A stretch of DNA of 63,994 bases, counting the filler, from Octopus bimaculoides (taxonomy: Eukaryota): assembly GCF_001194135.2 (NCBI RefSeq). It is 4 parts of 4 records of this genome, joined end to end, with 100 filler letters (N's around TTAATTAATTAA, not from the genome) between each part and the next. Parts side by side here need not be neighbours in the genome. Positions count along the whole stretch, not along the records: positions 24,017 to 33,180 come from NC_068992.1; positions 33,281 to 62,830 come from NC_068990.1; 2 more parts are not named here. One strand, written 5' to 3'. A model generated the notes under the pieces. The model was not told the DNA's origin, did not search any database, and saw nothing but the letters and a program-made list of their open reading frames with translations. Positions 24,433 to 37,004 of this stretch are shown here, piece after piece. Position numbers and translations under genes: made by a program. Every line of letters begins with the position of its first letter. Position 1 is the first letter of the stretch.

Positions 24433-24600
24433 TTCCTACTCTAGGCACAAAGCGCGAAGTATTTGGGAAGGGGGCCAGTGGATTAGACTGACCCCAGTAC
24501 GCAATCGGTACTTAATTTATCGACCCTCAATGCCGGAATTTGAACTCAGAACGTAATGACAAAGTACCGCTAAGCATTTCGCCCGGTGTTCTAACGTTTC
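24433..24600 (-). mobile_element. Meta-like-core SINE, tail type A, internally deleted
   Basis: CTACTCTAGGCAC tail; GGTACTTAATTTATCGACC core. Confidence 0.75.
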
Positions 24601-24602
24601 TT

Positions 24603-24835
24603 TTTTCTTTACTGCCCACAAGGGGCTACGCACAGAGGGGACAAACAAGGACAGACAAACGGATTAAGTCGATTATATCGACCCCGGTGCGTAACTGGTA
24701 CTTATTTAATCGACCCCGAAAGTATGAAAGGCAAAGTCGACCTCGGCGGTATTTGAACTCAGAACGTAGCGGCAGACGAAATATCGCTAAGCATTTCACC
24801 CGGCGTTCTAACGTTTCTGCCAGCTCACCGCCTTC
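24603..24835 (-). mobile_element. Meta-like-core SINE, full length, tail type B
   Basis: Head GGCGGTGAGCTGGCAGAAACGTTAG with GAGTTCAAAT box B; tail TTTGTCCCCTCTGTG..GTAAAGAAA. Confidence 0.8.
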
Positions 24836-25575
24836 GTCAACAGAAATAATATAATCAGAAATAAATTTTTGAATAGTTAACAAATGTCTGTCTCTATGTA
24901 TGAATTCAACTTGCATTTATTTAGACCAAAATTTGCTGTCAATTGTAGATGCAAGACGCCAATGATACATTTTATAGAATTGCAAGAATTTAAATCGAAT
25001 TATGGCGAAGAAAGTATTTACTATGTCTCTTTTTTTTTAACCATAAACAAAGCTTTTGAATCTATTGAAATTACAGCAGTTATTCTTTTTTATGTTCTTG
25101 AACAGGCGTCAACAAATTTAAAATATGTAAGTACATTTTAAAAGCGTATAGTGAAACACATATATATATACATGCATACAGCATACATACACACACACAA
25201 AGGAAAAATTTAATCGCCACGAATAATTTTTAGTATATATATATATATATCGTCCTATATAAGTCTACCCCAAGTTTTCATGCAAAATAACTCGAGCACC
25301 GAACGCGCTAGTTTCATAGCTTACACTGTACCCGTACCGTAGCAATAAAATATGTAACGAAGAAAGGTAACAACAAAGTAACAATACAACAAACTCGCCA
25401 CAAACTATACACAAACCAACAAACGATATTCCGGCAAACTACCAAAACAACACGTTACGACTCCCGGCGAATAACGCCTACTCTCCGACTCCTAATATTT
25501 ATAGACGTTCGGTCAAGTCAGTCGTCGCAGTGGATGTCGAGAGTCTCGCCACAACATATACATACATACATCAGG

Positions 25576-25853
25576 TGGTTTTTTTACTCTTCTCTACTGT
25601 TTTTTGTTCTGTGTGTATCAAAAATATCGCTATCAATCTGGAGTAATAATTTGTAGTCTTGAAATCAGTAGTTCTTTGACTGCTATTTCTGAATTCTCAG
25701 TATGTTGGAGAAGCAGGTTACTGTCTATCCCTATATATTTATGATTATAAATGTTTTTTTACCGAAAAGGTGTTTTCATACTGAGCTACCCGGCAAAATT
25801 GTTAATTATTAATTTTATTACTAATTGACAATTCCCTGCCCTGCATATCTATA
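25576..25853 (+). mobile_element. Solo fragment of the 6065-6862 monomer family
   Basis: Matches the reverse complement of 6065-6238 and the direct sequence of 6557-6742 with scattered substitutions. Confidence 0.85.
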
Positions 25854-27079
25854 CATACACACACACACACACACACACACANNNNNNNNNNNNNNNNNNN
25901 NNNNNNNNNNNNNNNNNNNNNNNNNNNNNNNNNNNNNNNNNNNNNNNNNNNNNNNNNNNNNNNNNNNNNNNNNNNNNNNNNNNNNNNNNNNNNNNNNNNN
26001 NNNNNNNNNNNNNNNNNNNNNNNNNNNNNNNNNNNNNNNNNNNNNNNNNNNNNNNNNNNNNNNNNNNNNNNNNNNNNNNNNNNNNNNNNNNNNNNNNNNN
26101 NNNNNNNNNNNNNNNNNNNNNNNNNNNNNNNNNNNNNNNNNNNNNNNNNNNNNNNNNNNNNNNNATACGCATGTGTTTATGTGTATGTATCTATAAATTA
26201 TTTGAAGTCGTGTACATATTTTATGTATGTGGCGTGGTGTATGTGTTTGTGTGTGTGAGCGCGTGTGAGTGTGTGTGTCCGTGCGTGTGTCCGTTTGTAT
26301 GGATATATGTATGTATATATGTACAGATGTAAATTTGTGAGCAACAGTGCTTATATGCATGTATATAAACCCATATTCTGAGACAGAAACTTATCAAATT
26401 TACGATCGTCGACAACTTCATCTAAATGTTATTTCAATTCACAGCATACACGAGCAAAGATATATGCTGTCAAATATTTCGTCCGCTGCACTTCGTTACT
26501 TTGCAGCTTATGAATAAACCAACATTGTATCTTATTTGTATGGAATACATTCTGAGCGCAGTTCGTCTTAAACGCAGTCACAATGCCCGCCGGACACTTT
26601 CTCTAGGCTTCAGGTTTGGCAGAAAATCTCATAGATAGGGCAACTTATGAACAACAAACTTTGCAATGTATATTTCCTTCTACTGATAAAATAAATCGTG
26701 TACACACAAAAATATCACACTCCATTAATTGAACCTGTTATACTTCATTACATCCGCACGGATCGCAACTAACCTTATGGAGCCAAAACATACTAGAAGA
26801 AAATATGCAGGATTTGCTGCTGGTCTTTACGGCACAAACTTCAACTTGCTTCTTTTAACAGTTTCAGTAATTAGACTGCTGTTATGCTGGGGCACTGCCT
26901 TCAATAATGATAATTTTACTAGATCAAAATGACTCCAGTCCTGTTTTTTTTTTTTTGAGCCCTGTTACGTATCTGAGTTTGACAACAGCCGACGAGGGAT
27001 CATCTGAAGTATGTATGGTGACACATTATGTTATTCAAAGATAATAATTTAAGAATTACATGGAGAAGCAATAAGACTG

Positions 27080-27262
27080 CAAGGTGTCGACAAAATAAGT
27101 AACAGGTGGCCCCTACGGTGGATACGATCTACTTACACCTTCCCTGGGGATTGCTAGCTTTCAGCCAAAATTTGAAATCAGTATCTAAGGCGGTGCGAGC
27201 TGGCACAATCATTAACACGCCTAGCAAAATGCTTAGCAGAGTTTAATCGGCCTTTACGCTCT
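27080..27262 (+). mobile_element. Degenerate Meta-like SINE tail followed by a SINE head
   Basis: GTCGACAAAATAAGTA.. tail, then GGCGGTGCGAGCTGGCAC..ATGCTTAGC head. Confidence 0.5.
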
Positions 27263-27599
27263 GTGTGTATAAATACGCTCACACCCTCATACATATAAAT
27301 ATAGGAATATATATNNNNNNNNNNNNNNNNNNNNNNNNNNNNNNNNNNNNNNNNNNNNNNNNNNNNNNNNNNNNNNNNNNNNNNNNNNNNNNNNNNNNNN
27401 NNNNNNNNNNNNNNNNNNNNNNNNNNNNNNNNNNNNNNNNNNNNNNNNNNNNNNNNNNNNNNNNNNNNNNNNNNNNNNNNNNNNNNNNNNNNNNNNNNNN
27501 NNNNNNNNNNNNNNNNNNNNNNNNNNNNNNNNNNNNNNATATAATACCGTATAAATATCTCCCTCTACACCCGCTTTCTCACTATATATGTACATATAT

Positions 27600-27912
27600 G
27601 GGTGCAGGAGTGGCATTGTGGTAAGTAGCTTGCCCACCAATCAAATACTTCCCGGTTCAGTCGCACTGCGTGGCACCTCGAGCGGGCGTCTTCTACTATA
27701 ACTTTGGCCCGACCAAAGCCTTGTGAGTGGATTTGGTAGACGGAAGCTGAAAGAATCTTGCCGTGTGTGTGTGTGTGTGTGTGTGTGTGTCTGTGTTTAC
27801 GTCCACGAAACTTAGCGGTTCGGCAAAAGCCACCGATAGAATAACAACTAGGCTTACAAAGAACAAGTCCTAGTGTCGATTTGTTCGAATAAAGGCAGTG
27901 CTCCATCATTAG
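27600..27912 (+). mobile_element. tRNA-derived CORE-like SINE (octopus OR-type)
   Basis: GGTGCAGGAGTGGC..GGTAAGTAGCTT..GGTTCAGTC head, GGCACCTCGAGC..GTCTTCTACTAT core, internal (TG)n and conserved 3' body. Confidence 0.8.
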
Positions 27913-28244
27913 AATAAAACAAATCTTAGTTCGATATCTGACGAGTCGCAGATATGCCGTAAATACAAGCAGTGTACAAATTGGAGGTGGGGGTACACAT
28001 TGAGGAAGTGAGCTGAGGACCGAGAGAAACATTTGATCACTACAAACAAATCACACCATGTGGGCTGCTAGTACAACAAAAAAATGGCAGAATTCTTATT
28101 TGTCATCTACGCCAAGACAGGTCGCGATATATGTGTAAGTACATACCTAAATACATACATAAACACACACACATACATACAAACCAACATACATACATAC
28201 ATACATATAAAATATATTAATGTATATATATATATATCTATATT

Positions 28245-28306
<62 letters not shown>

Positions 28307-29196
28307 ATATGCGTATATGGATATATTATATATATGTATATATATATTATTATTATATTATATGTATATGTATACATATATACAGATAGATATATCGATA
28401 TATCCCTGTGATCAACATGTATGCAATCGCGTGGATTCTTCAGCAAAGTTACTTCAATCACGTGATTTCAGAATATATATCATTACCGCAAGTGAACTGA
28501 ACAGCAAATAAGATGCAGATCTACTTCATTTTTATCAAGGAAGATAAATGAAACTTCCACTCTCGGAATACAGCAGCAGCAATGAACATGTAAAAATAAT
28601 TTTATCTTAGATTTATATAGTTTGCTATATTCATTCCGCTATTGAAGTCCTGTGTAAATGACGGAATGCAGAATACAAACTACTATAGAATGTGGTTTTA
28701 TTACGGAGGTGTAATTCATTTTTTTAAAAATGGATTTTTCATATCGTTTGATCTGCAAACAATTGAGAATATGAGATAAAATCAAAGAGACAGTTGTCGT
28801 TTTATATTGCTAATAATACATATGAAATGATACTATCATGAAAGTGCAGAAGAAACATCTTAGAAATGTATGCTATATCAACAAACATCAAAATGTCGCC
28901 TCTACGAGCGAAAGTTCAGTGCAAGTCTCTGCATAGATCCACAATCGATACAAACAGTTTAATCACGTTATGATGGTTATGATATATACGTACTCACGTA
29001 TGTATATATGTACGTACACACNNNNNNNNNNNNNNNNNNNNNNNNNNNNNNNNNNNNNNNNNNNNNNNNNNNNNNNNNNNNNNNNNNNNNNNNNNNNNNN
29101 NNNNNNNNNNNNNNNNNNNNNNNNNNNNNNNNNNNNATATATATATATATATACATATATGAATATATGTGTATATGTATGCATAGCTGCATACAC

Positions 29197-29850
29197 ACGA
29201 GAAGTTACCTAAAAATGTTCTCTGCGTAACAAGCCCGTTTTAGTTCTGGCTTCCGCCGTTAGTAGTCACTTGATGCGACCATCTGGCATCAGTCTGCCGA
29301 CCACTGTCGATTGGTGGCGTCGTGCTGTCACGTGTACCTCTTTGTTTTGCAGTGCTTCTCCTCTGTTCGCTGATTTTTGCGATGACTGAAAGGAAGGAAC
29401 AGCATGCTTACGTGACTTTCTGTTCCCTGGTGGGGAAAACGGTGGCCGAAACAGCAATCATGCTTCAGACAGCTTACAGGGACGCTACCATGAGCAAAAC
29501 ACAAGTTTGTAAGTGGTTATCATGCTCTAGATACGGTGACGTGTCGCTTGAAGACCGACCTCATTCAGGGCGACTACCGCCCATCGACCTCTCGAACAAA
29601 TGAAAACATGAAGGGTTGACGAACTTGTTGATATGACTGGTGTGTCCTGGAACTCCTACGAACGAATTTTTAGTGAGGAATTGCGAATGAAAATGGTGGC
29701 AGCAAAATTTGTGCATCACTTGCTCTCAGAAGATCAAGAGCAGTCATGACTGAATGTGTGTCGTGAACTAAAAGAAAGGTTATAAGTTCGATCCAGACAC
29801 GTTCTCGAATATCATCACCGGTGACGAAAGCAGGTGCTACGGAGTTTCCA
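29197..29850 (+). mobile_element. Mariner transposase relic (N-terminal HTH to first catalytic D)
   Basis: EQHAYVTFCSLVGKTVAETAIMLQTAY..EDRPHSGR, KFVHHLL (WVPHEL-like), IITGDES; frameshifted and truncated. Confidence 0.9.
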
Positions 29851-30001
29851 GATGTGGAAGTGGTGAACAAAAGCAAACCAAAAAAGAAAAAAAAAACACA
29901 CGACAGCGGCGTTAAAGTGCATCACTCCTGCAAGAGGTTAAAGACTGTCTCGAACAGTAGGAATCGCGTATCTAAGAGATACCGCTACGCTGTAAACTAC
30001 T

Positions 30002-30443
30002 AGCCAGATCTTGACTCTAAACCACAATAAATCTTCATATAGCACAATGGGCGGGACGAAGACAAAATAAACTAGCATAATTCCAGATACTTGATTTCTA
30101 GCTCTGCATAAGAAATGCTCTGCTTTCATCAGTGGAGATATTCTGACCTTATTGCTTGAGGAGCTTTTAGGCGGGCAATTTAAACTGGTTGTGTACATAC
30201 GTGCACATATATGTATGTATACGTTCGTATATGTAAGTATATCGTATGTTTATGTACATATATATGTATGTATTTGTGTGCTTTTCTGTGTATGTGCCAC
30301 TGATAAACACAGAGCATTTCTTATGCAGAGCTAGAAATCAAGGATCTGGAATTATCCAGTAATTTTTGCTTATTTATTTTGTCTTCGTCTCGCTCTTTGT
30401 GCCATATGAACATTTATTGTGGTCTAGAGTCAAGATTTGGCTG
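30002..30443. repeat. ~135-bp inverted repeat (30002-30136 / 30297-30443), each arm carrying an HHR motif
   Basis: Diverged reverse-complement arms around a microsatellite-like spacer. Confidence 0.85.
30082..30136 (-). ncRNA. Type I hammerhead motif with AUC triplet
   Basis: TCCA-CTGATGA-AAGCAGAGCATTTCTTATGCAGAGCTA-GAAAT-CAAGT-ATC|TGGA; the mirror at 30297-30349 (+) has CTGATAA. Confidence 0.65.
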
Positions 30444-32449
30444 CTATTTTCAACATGGTGGTATCTCTTAGATATCCTATATTATAATTTTAAATAATTG
30501 TTACCTTTGATGGTTTTTATTCCCGTGCTGGCCACTTGATAAGATCAATATTTTTTATATATCGATCTTAANNNNNNNNNNNNNNNNNNNNNNNNNNNNN
30601 NNNNNNNNNNNNNNNNNNNNNNNNNNNNNNNNNNNNNNNNNNNNTATATATATATACATATAAACACACACACGAACCACCACACACGAACCACATATAT
30701 ATTTGGCGATTCACGAGCTCGGATAAATCACAGGACTCGGTACAAGTGTAGTATATTCGTGTAATTCTTTAGTATATTACAACTGAAACGCCCAAAGCTT
30801 CTCGTTTCCGTTCGGCAGCAGTTAAATCAGCGCTTGTTTTCTTTTGTGTCTCCCACTCAGTGAATATATGTTGATCTAAGAACTGAAAGCTTGAAGATGC
30901 CTATACTTATGTTTTATTGTTTTAAACTAAACACACACACGTGCGCACGCACAAACACACACACATACACACACAGACACACACACACGCACACACACAT
31001 ACACACACACACACACGCAGGGAAACAGCCACGCCCTCATGCATGCGCTGACACACAGTTTCATAGGCTTCTTGCTGAGAGCCAGCGCATTTAGGCTTTG
31101 ATAACCGAAAAGAGAATGCTGCCCTATGATGGACTGATATTCGTCAAGGTTGGCCACAACTAGTTGTTAGAAGTGAGATCAACATGCTTTACAACGGTGA
31201 GATCAACATACATTACAACTAAATGCATTGCAACGGACATTTCTTGAACTGGGTAGCTGGATTGGATGCTAGTGACGTGTTGGTGTTTGGCTGGCCTTAG
31301 AAAGATATTGAATGCTAGCCTATATACCGGTATACATTTATATTATTGCACACACTTTTGTAAAGCAAATCTATTTAAAATATCTGAAATTTGCCTCTTA
31401 TAAATCTGATCTACACTGAAATACAGGAATTTTTATAACTTATAATAAACTGCTCTTAAACCACATAAAGCCTACAAGTTAGTACGATTAAGTAATAGCT
31501 TCTATCGTATTTATTACGATCGAAAAGGGAAGAGCAATAACATTCTTCGATCGAAATGTAAGGAACAATAATATTCTTCTAACATAAGTACGAAACAGTT
31601 TGTACATATCTAAACTATAACAAACCTTCAAAGAACTATCAAGCTCAGTAATTTGTAGACATGTATGATGCGAATAACAGAACTATAGACTTTGTGAGAA
31701 TGTAAATTAAGACACCACGGATGAATTATAGACAAGTGAAAAATAGCAGCCGCATATTGATTTTTAAAAAATTGGATCAGTGAGCTCATTTCTAATGTCA
31801 ACTCAATATGGCGAACGCTACTGGAGGAAGTATTTAAATAAACAAAAAAATTGTTATAATATTTCTATCTAACCTGTAACAATTCCTTTGGAAGTAAAGA
31901 TTTCTAGTTTAAATTCAGTTCATGTTTATATTCATATTCAGGAATAAGACAACTTTTAATTTTAGAACATCGATGGAAACATATTCTGAATAAAAAGTAT
32001 ATCGTCAATGTACATATCATAGATTTCGTTAACAATCCGATAAATTACGTTCGTAATTACTTTTCTATATTTTCTCTTGTAAACCATTTTTTTTTTATTG
32101 TGCAGTAAGTATAAGCTGGTTACACATAGAGTAAGATACACGCACGTTTACACAAATTAGCAGACACATGCATACCCATACAAATATTAACACACACGTA
32201 CACACACTGTCACACACACACACACGCGTACGCTCACACTAATATATAATGTTATTTGGGTTTCTAGTGTATATAAACATGAAGACATATTTTATTGGAG
32301 AAAAACTCTCATCAATAATGCGTGGATTTTATTCATAGGTCTTGTTGAGAATTTGAAATTTAATCGATCTACAGATTGTGTGCACGTAGGTGTCTGTGTG
32401 TGAGTTTTCTCTCTTCTACTGGATTTATTGTATTGCGTACATTCTAGGA

Positions 32450-32620
32450 GAACGCCTTAAGAGATTTAGTCAATTAAACCGATCGCATTATTTATTGCAA
32501 TTTGATATCTGCTATACTGGTCACTAATTTGGCCGAACTACTAAGTTGCGGGTACGTAAACAATATAACATCAGTTGTCAGATGAGACCAGTAAAGGCAA
32601 CGTACAGACAGACTGTCTCT
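32450..32620 (-). mobile_element. Degenerate CORE-like SINE body
   Basis: GCCGAACTACTAAGTTGCGGGTACGTAAAC is a reverse-complement match to 27795-27830. Confidence 0.5.
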
Positions 32621-32894
32621 ATCTGTTTCATTTTCAGCTTATAATTTTAACTGAAGCAATAAACCTAAAATTGAATTTGTCATAGTAAGAATTTCCCAAT
32701 GCTAAAATTGGTATTTCTATTAAAGAGTCGTTTATTTAAGTGGCTTTTTGTTAATTTTGCTTCACCATTAGATTCTTTTGAATTTGTAATCAATCCGACG
32801 TTCTGAGCAAGGTCTTCAAGTCTTCCCGAGTTTAAATTTCTTCATCTCGTTCTAATCTCCATCCATCCATTCATCCGTCCGACTGTCCGTCTGT

Positions 32895-32948
32895 CCGTTT
32901 GTCCATCCATCCATCCATCCATCCATCCATCCATGCAACCATCCATCC

Positions 32949-33020
<72 letters not shown>
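32895..33020. repeat. (CCAT)n-(CTAT)n compound tetranucleotide repeat
   Basis: Direct reading. Confidence 0.95.
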
Positions 33021-33180
33021 GGACAGACGGTAGACGTGTCGGCTCCGTAAGTTTTGACTTTTTCATGTTTTAAAAAGTTTGTTTGTAAAGTTTATTTTTT
33101 ATAGAAAGTTGTATAACAACTTGTATACTCTCTGGTGCAAGTTTTTTGCGACGGAAATCTGCACTGTATGGCACATTTCC

Positions 33181-33280
33181 NNNNNNNNNNNNNNNNNNNN
33201 NNNNNNNNNNNNNNNNNNNNNNNNTTAATTAATTAANNNNNNNNNNNNNNNNNNNNNNNNNNNNNNNNNNNNNNNNNNNN
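33181..33280. other. Artificial scaffold-join linker
   Basis: N44-TTAATTAATTAA-N44. Confidence 0.95.
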
Positions 33281-33540
33281 ACTGTGACGCTAAAGACCGA
33301 GGTTACCGTGGTCTTTTCGTAGGTTTTTCTTTCCACGGATAACCTCCCCATTTATTGGGAATTTTTTGTATTATTTCGTATTTTTTGTAAATACCCCAAA
33401 CGTTTTGCGATGTTTTTTTTCATCGTTGTCCCCACTTTTGTTTTTTTTTCTGCTTTGTTTTCGACCCCCTCGAAAAGAAAAATTCTACATTTGTATTTTG
33501 TCCCCTCTGTGTTGAGCCCTGTGTGGCTAATAAAGAAACC
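33281..33540 (+). mobile_element. Probable LINE 3' UTR sharing its tail with SINE tail type B
   Basis: TTTGTCCCCTCTGTGTTGAGCCCTGTGTGGCTAATAAAGAAA followed by (CTAT)n. Confidence 0.4.
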
Positions 33541-33652
33541 TATCTATCTATCTATCTATCTATCTCTCTGTCTGTCTGTATGTCTGTCTGTCTTTCTAGC
33601 TATCCTTGCATCCATACATGTTTGCATCCATCCGTCCGTCCCCCGTAGGTCG

Positions 33653-33696
<44 letters not shown>

Positions 33697-34604
33697 GTGT
33701 ATATATATGTGTGTGTGTGTGTACGGCTAACTTCCCTCTCTACCGAGATATCACATAATTCTTATTTGCATTACTTCACCCACCAAAAAATAATCTGTAA
33801 AAGACTAAATTAAGCAACAACGGACCAAAGTAAATCAGAGATATGATGCCGGTGATCAAGCGGAATCTTCGACTTCTCTATGAACAATTAGCTGTAAAAT
33901 TAATAGGTATATGCGTGTCGTTCACAAAAGAAAATGTGCTGTTTTGTAATAAGGTAGGTGAATATATTTCCAGTGCATTTTATCGTTTTATAAAGCTTTT
34001 CATTGGAGCAGACGATCCTCACCGGTTATTCAACCCTAAGACTTACAGATCCCCACAAAACGACTCCATTTACTATTAAAAAAAAGATAAAATTAGATGT
34101 GTAAACCCCAGTGGTTTCAAAATGTAGGAAAAGTAATCAAATAGGAATTTACCGAAAGAATTTGCTTAATATGTGTTTGAATATATTTATTATACTGAAT
34201 ATTTTGATTCAAGTGTAGGTTGGAAGCATTTATATCTATTCTCAATTAAATAACGACAGTAGCACAATGTTATTTGTAAACAAGAAATATAACTTATATA
34301 AATTAAGTATCAAAATTAGAATATTTTATGATACAATAGATTTGCGTTAATTTCTAATTATACTGAGTGGATGATCGAATATTCTGAACTTCTTTTTGAA
34401 TACAAACGAGACTAACTTGAATGTTTTCAGGTTAACAGGTGTGATTAGCTGATGAAGGCTTTAGTTTCTGAATGTTAGCGTATATATCAATAAAGTAGAG
34501 ACACAAGAGAACTATTTTCGTTGCAATCCAATCAATATAAATTTCAATAAACGTTATATTCATGTGCTCTATGGTAATAGCAAATTTAAGGGACTATTCG
34601 CTAT

Positions 34605-34650
34605 AACAACAACAATAACAACAACCACAACAACAACAACAACAACAGCG

Positions 34651-34741
<91 letters not shown>

Positions 34742-34750
34742 TGATAATAA
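34605..34750. repeat. (AAC)n-(AAT)n compound microsatellite
   Basis: Direct reading. Confidence 0.95.
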
Positions 34751-34751
34751 G

Positions 34752-35290
34752 ATTGACGGGAGTCAATGTACGGATATCTGGAGTGGAGTTCTACCACATA
34801 AGCAAAAGAGTTGCAAGCGTAAGTGCAGAAGTACCAAGGATCAAATATTGCATCGAATATTGTGTGATTGCTTGGAAAAACTATGGCGAAGTGGAGAACG
34901 GAACTGACAGCATATGGAAGAAGTTTAGGGACAGTATAAATCAAGGGAGGTATCTTCGAAGGGGACTGCCTGTCCCCACTGATCTTTGTACTGCCCATTA
35001 GCACTCATTCTGAAGAAAGTCAAGGTTAGGTATGTATTCCAAAACCGCCAAAAACATGTCAACTGCTTGTTCTTCATGGATGACCTCAAACTTTATGGTA
35101 AAGATGAATCCCAAGTGAGTTCCCTCGTTGATAGGGTGTATATTTTCAGTGTGGATATCAGAATGGATTTAAGACTGAAAAAGTATGGTGTGATAGTCTT
35201 GAAGAGAGGCAAAATCATACGTATGGTCGGGCTAGCGATACCGCTGGGGACGTCTATGAAGCGGATAGAAGAGACATGCCACAGAATCAT
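34752..35290 (+). mobile_element. R4/Dong-clade non-LTR retrotransposon RT fragment (pseudogene)
   Basis: Across frameshifts: GCKRKCRSTKDQ, GIFEGDCLSPLIF, VNCLFFMDDLKLYGKDESQVSSLVDRVYIFSVDIRM. Confidence 0.85.
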
Positions 35291-36971
35291 TGAAGCCAAG
35301 TTTAGGTGTAGAATCACAGCTTCTTTTTTTCTTCTGAGTTAGCTGTTAAACAATGTTTCATAAGTATGATGATTTTCATGAATGAATTTGTGTACATGAA
35401 TTTACGCCATTGAATATGCTAAAGAAGATATTCATTTTCTAAAATACCACTTGAGATACACGTTATGCTATGCGGCCACTTGGCAAAGTTATTAGAGAAT
35501 CGGATAAATACATATCTTTGCAATGAGAATTCCGGTACTCTATTCATTCAGTTCAAAGCACGACAGGGGTTCATAGACGTTGTCTAGCAACAACTGTCGG
35601 GGTTCTTAAAACAATATACCAGTCGTGTACGATACGATGGTAAATTCTTCTCTTTCTTGCACTGTATCGTTTTGTTTCTGACATTCTACTGGAAGAAATC
35701 GGCTTTTTAACACTCTGAGATGTTTGGTCACCGTCAAGTCTAAAACAGAACACTTAAGTTTATATCATAGTAGCAAACCCATTCCTCTATCCAGGAGTTA
35801 TGTGACTAAGACAAGGAAAGGCAAGGCAACACTCTACATAGTAGTAGTAGTAATGAGAAACAATAGAGAAATTTCGTCAAGTAAATGAATTAATATTAAG
35901 AATTGCTCCATTATGAATTTTTGCGCTTGAAAGCATTCATCATATAATATCATTTTGGGAAATATTGAATTTCTCACGTTCATTAATCTTAAAGAATATT
36001 CTATGTGCATTAGTTGTTGAAGCTGCATGTCTAAACACAAAAGGGAGTGCTTATATTTATGATATTAAGGAAATTGATTACAAGAAGAATATTGAATGTA
36101 GTTTTTGTAGGTAAATTTAATTTATGTGATGGGTGTCTTTTCAGAAGGGTGCAGTTATTGACAAAGCATAGTTCTAGAACCCAAACGAAGTATATCCAGG
36201 ATTAAATTCTCTCTATTAACCTTCATTGTCTTCCTTGGGTAATACAGACTTAGTCCTTCTTCATTTCAACATCTCCCTCCATAAATTGGAATCCAAAAGT
36301 TTACCATTATTATTATGAACCCACGAACTATCACGTAATATCTCTCAAGCAAAGGATTATTATATAGGACCCTTAATACAAATATAAGTTATTCCTAACA
36401 AGGGTTGCATCATCTATTACGCTAACTCAATTAAGTTGTATTATTACAATATTGAAGTATAATAAAGACTACTTTCCTTCCGTGTACGATAACCATAATG
36501 CAGCAAGAACGTGCAAAGGATATCTAAGTGGATTGTCGAAACTTTATACATACAAACCAACTTGCTTCAAATTTCAACTGCAGCAACATTTTCAAACAAG
36601 CCTAGCCTGTAACTGAACGTTGTAAACAATAACAGCAGCAACTATGCAACACAAAGTTAAAATAATTTCCAAACATACTTAAAAGTTCATTCTACAAATA
36701 GAGTATTCATTTACAAGTTATACTGGCGTGTCTACAAATATGAGAATTTTGGAAGGTGTTTTGGAATTAAGAGATTTGAATTATATTAGAACCATAACTG
36801 CAATTCAACCATCCTAACATACACACTCTTCCTCACACACATGCACGCGCGCACTGCTATGTTGGTTCGCACTACTCTGTGGATACAACCAATCCCCGAC
36901 GCATATCTATACATATATACATTACATACAGGTAAATGTATATATGAATGCATATATGCATTTATGTATTA

Positions 36972-37004
<33 letters not shown>

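Noticed and set aside
25214-25556. Possible solo LTR (repeated TCGCCAC, TGTAAC..GTTAC, AATAAA)
   Set aside because: No unambiguous TG..CA boundaries or TSD
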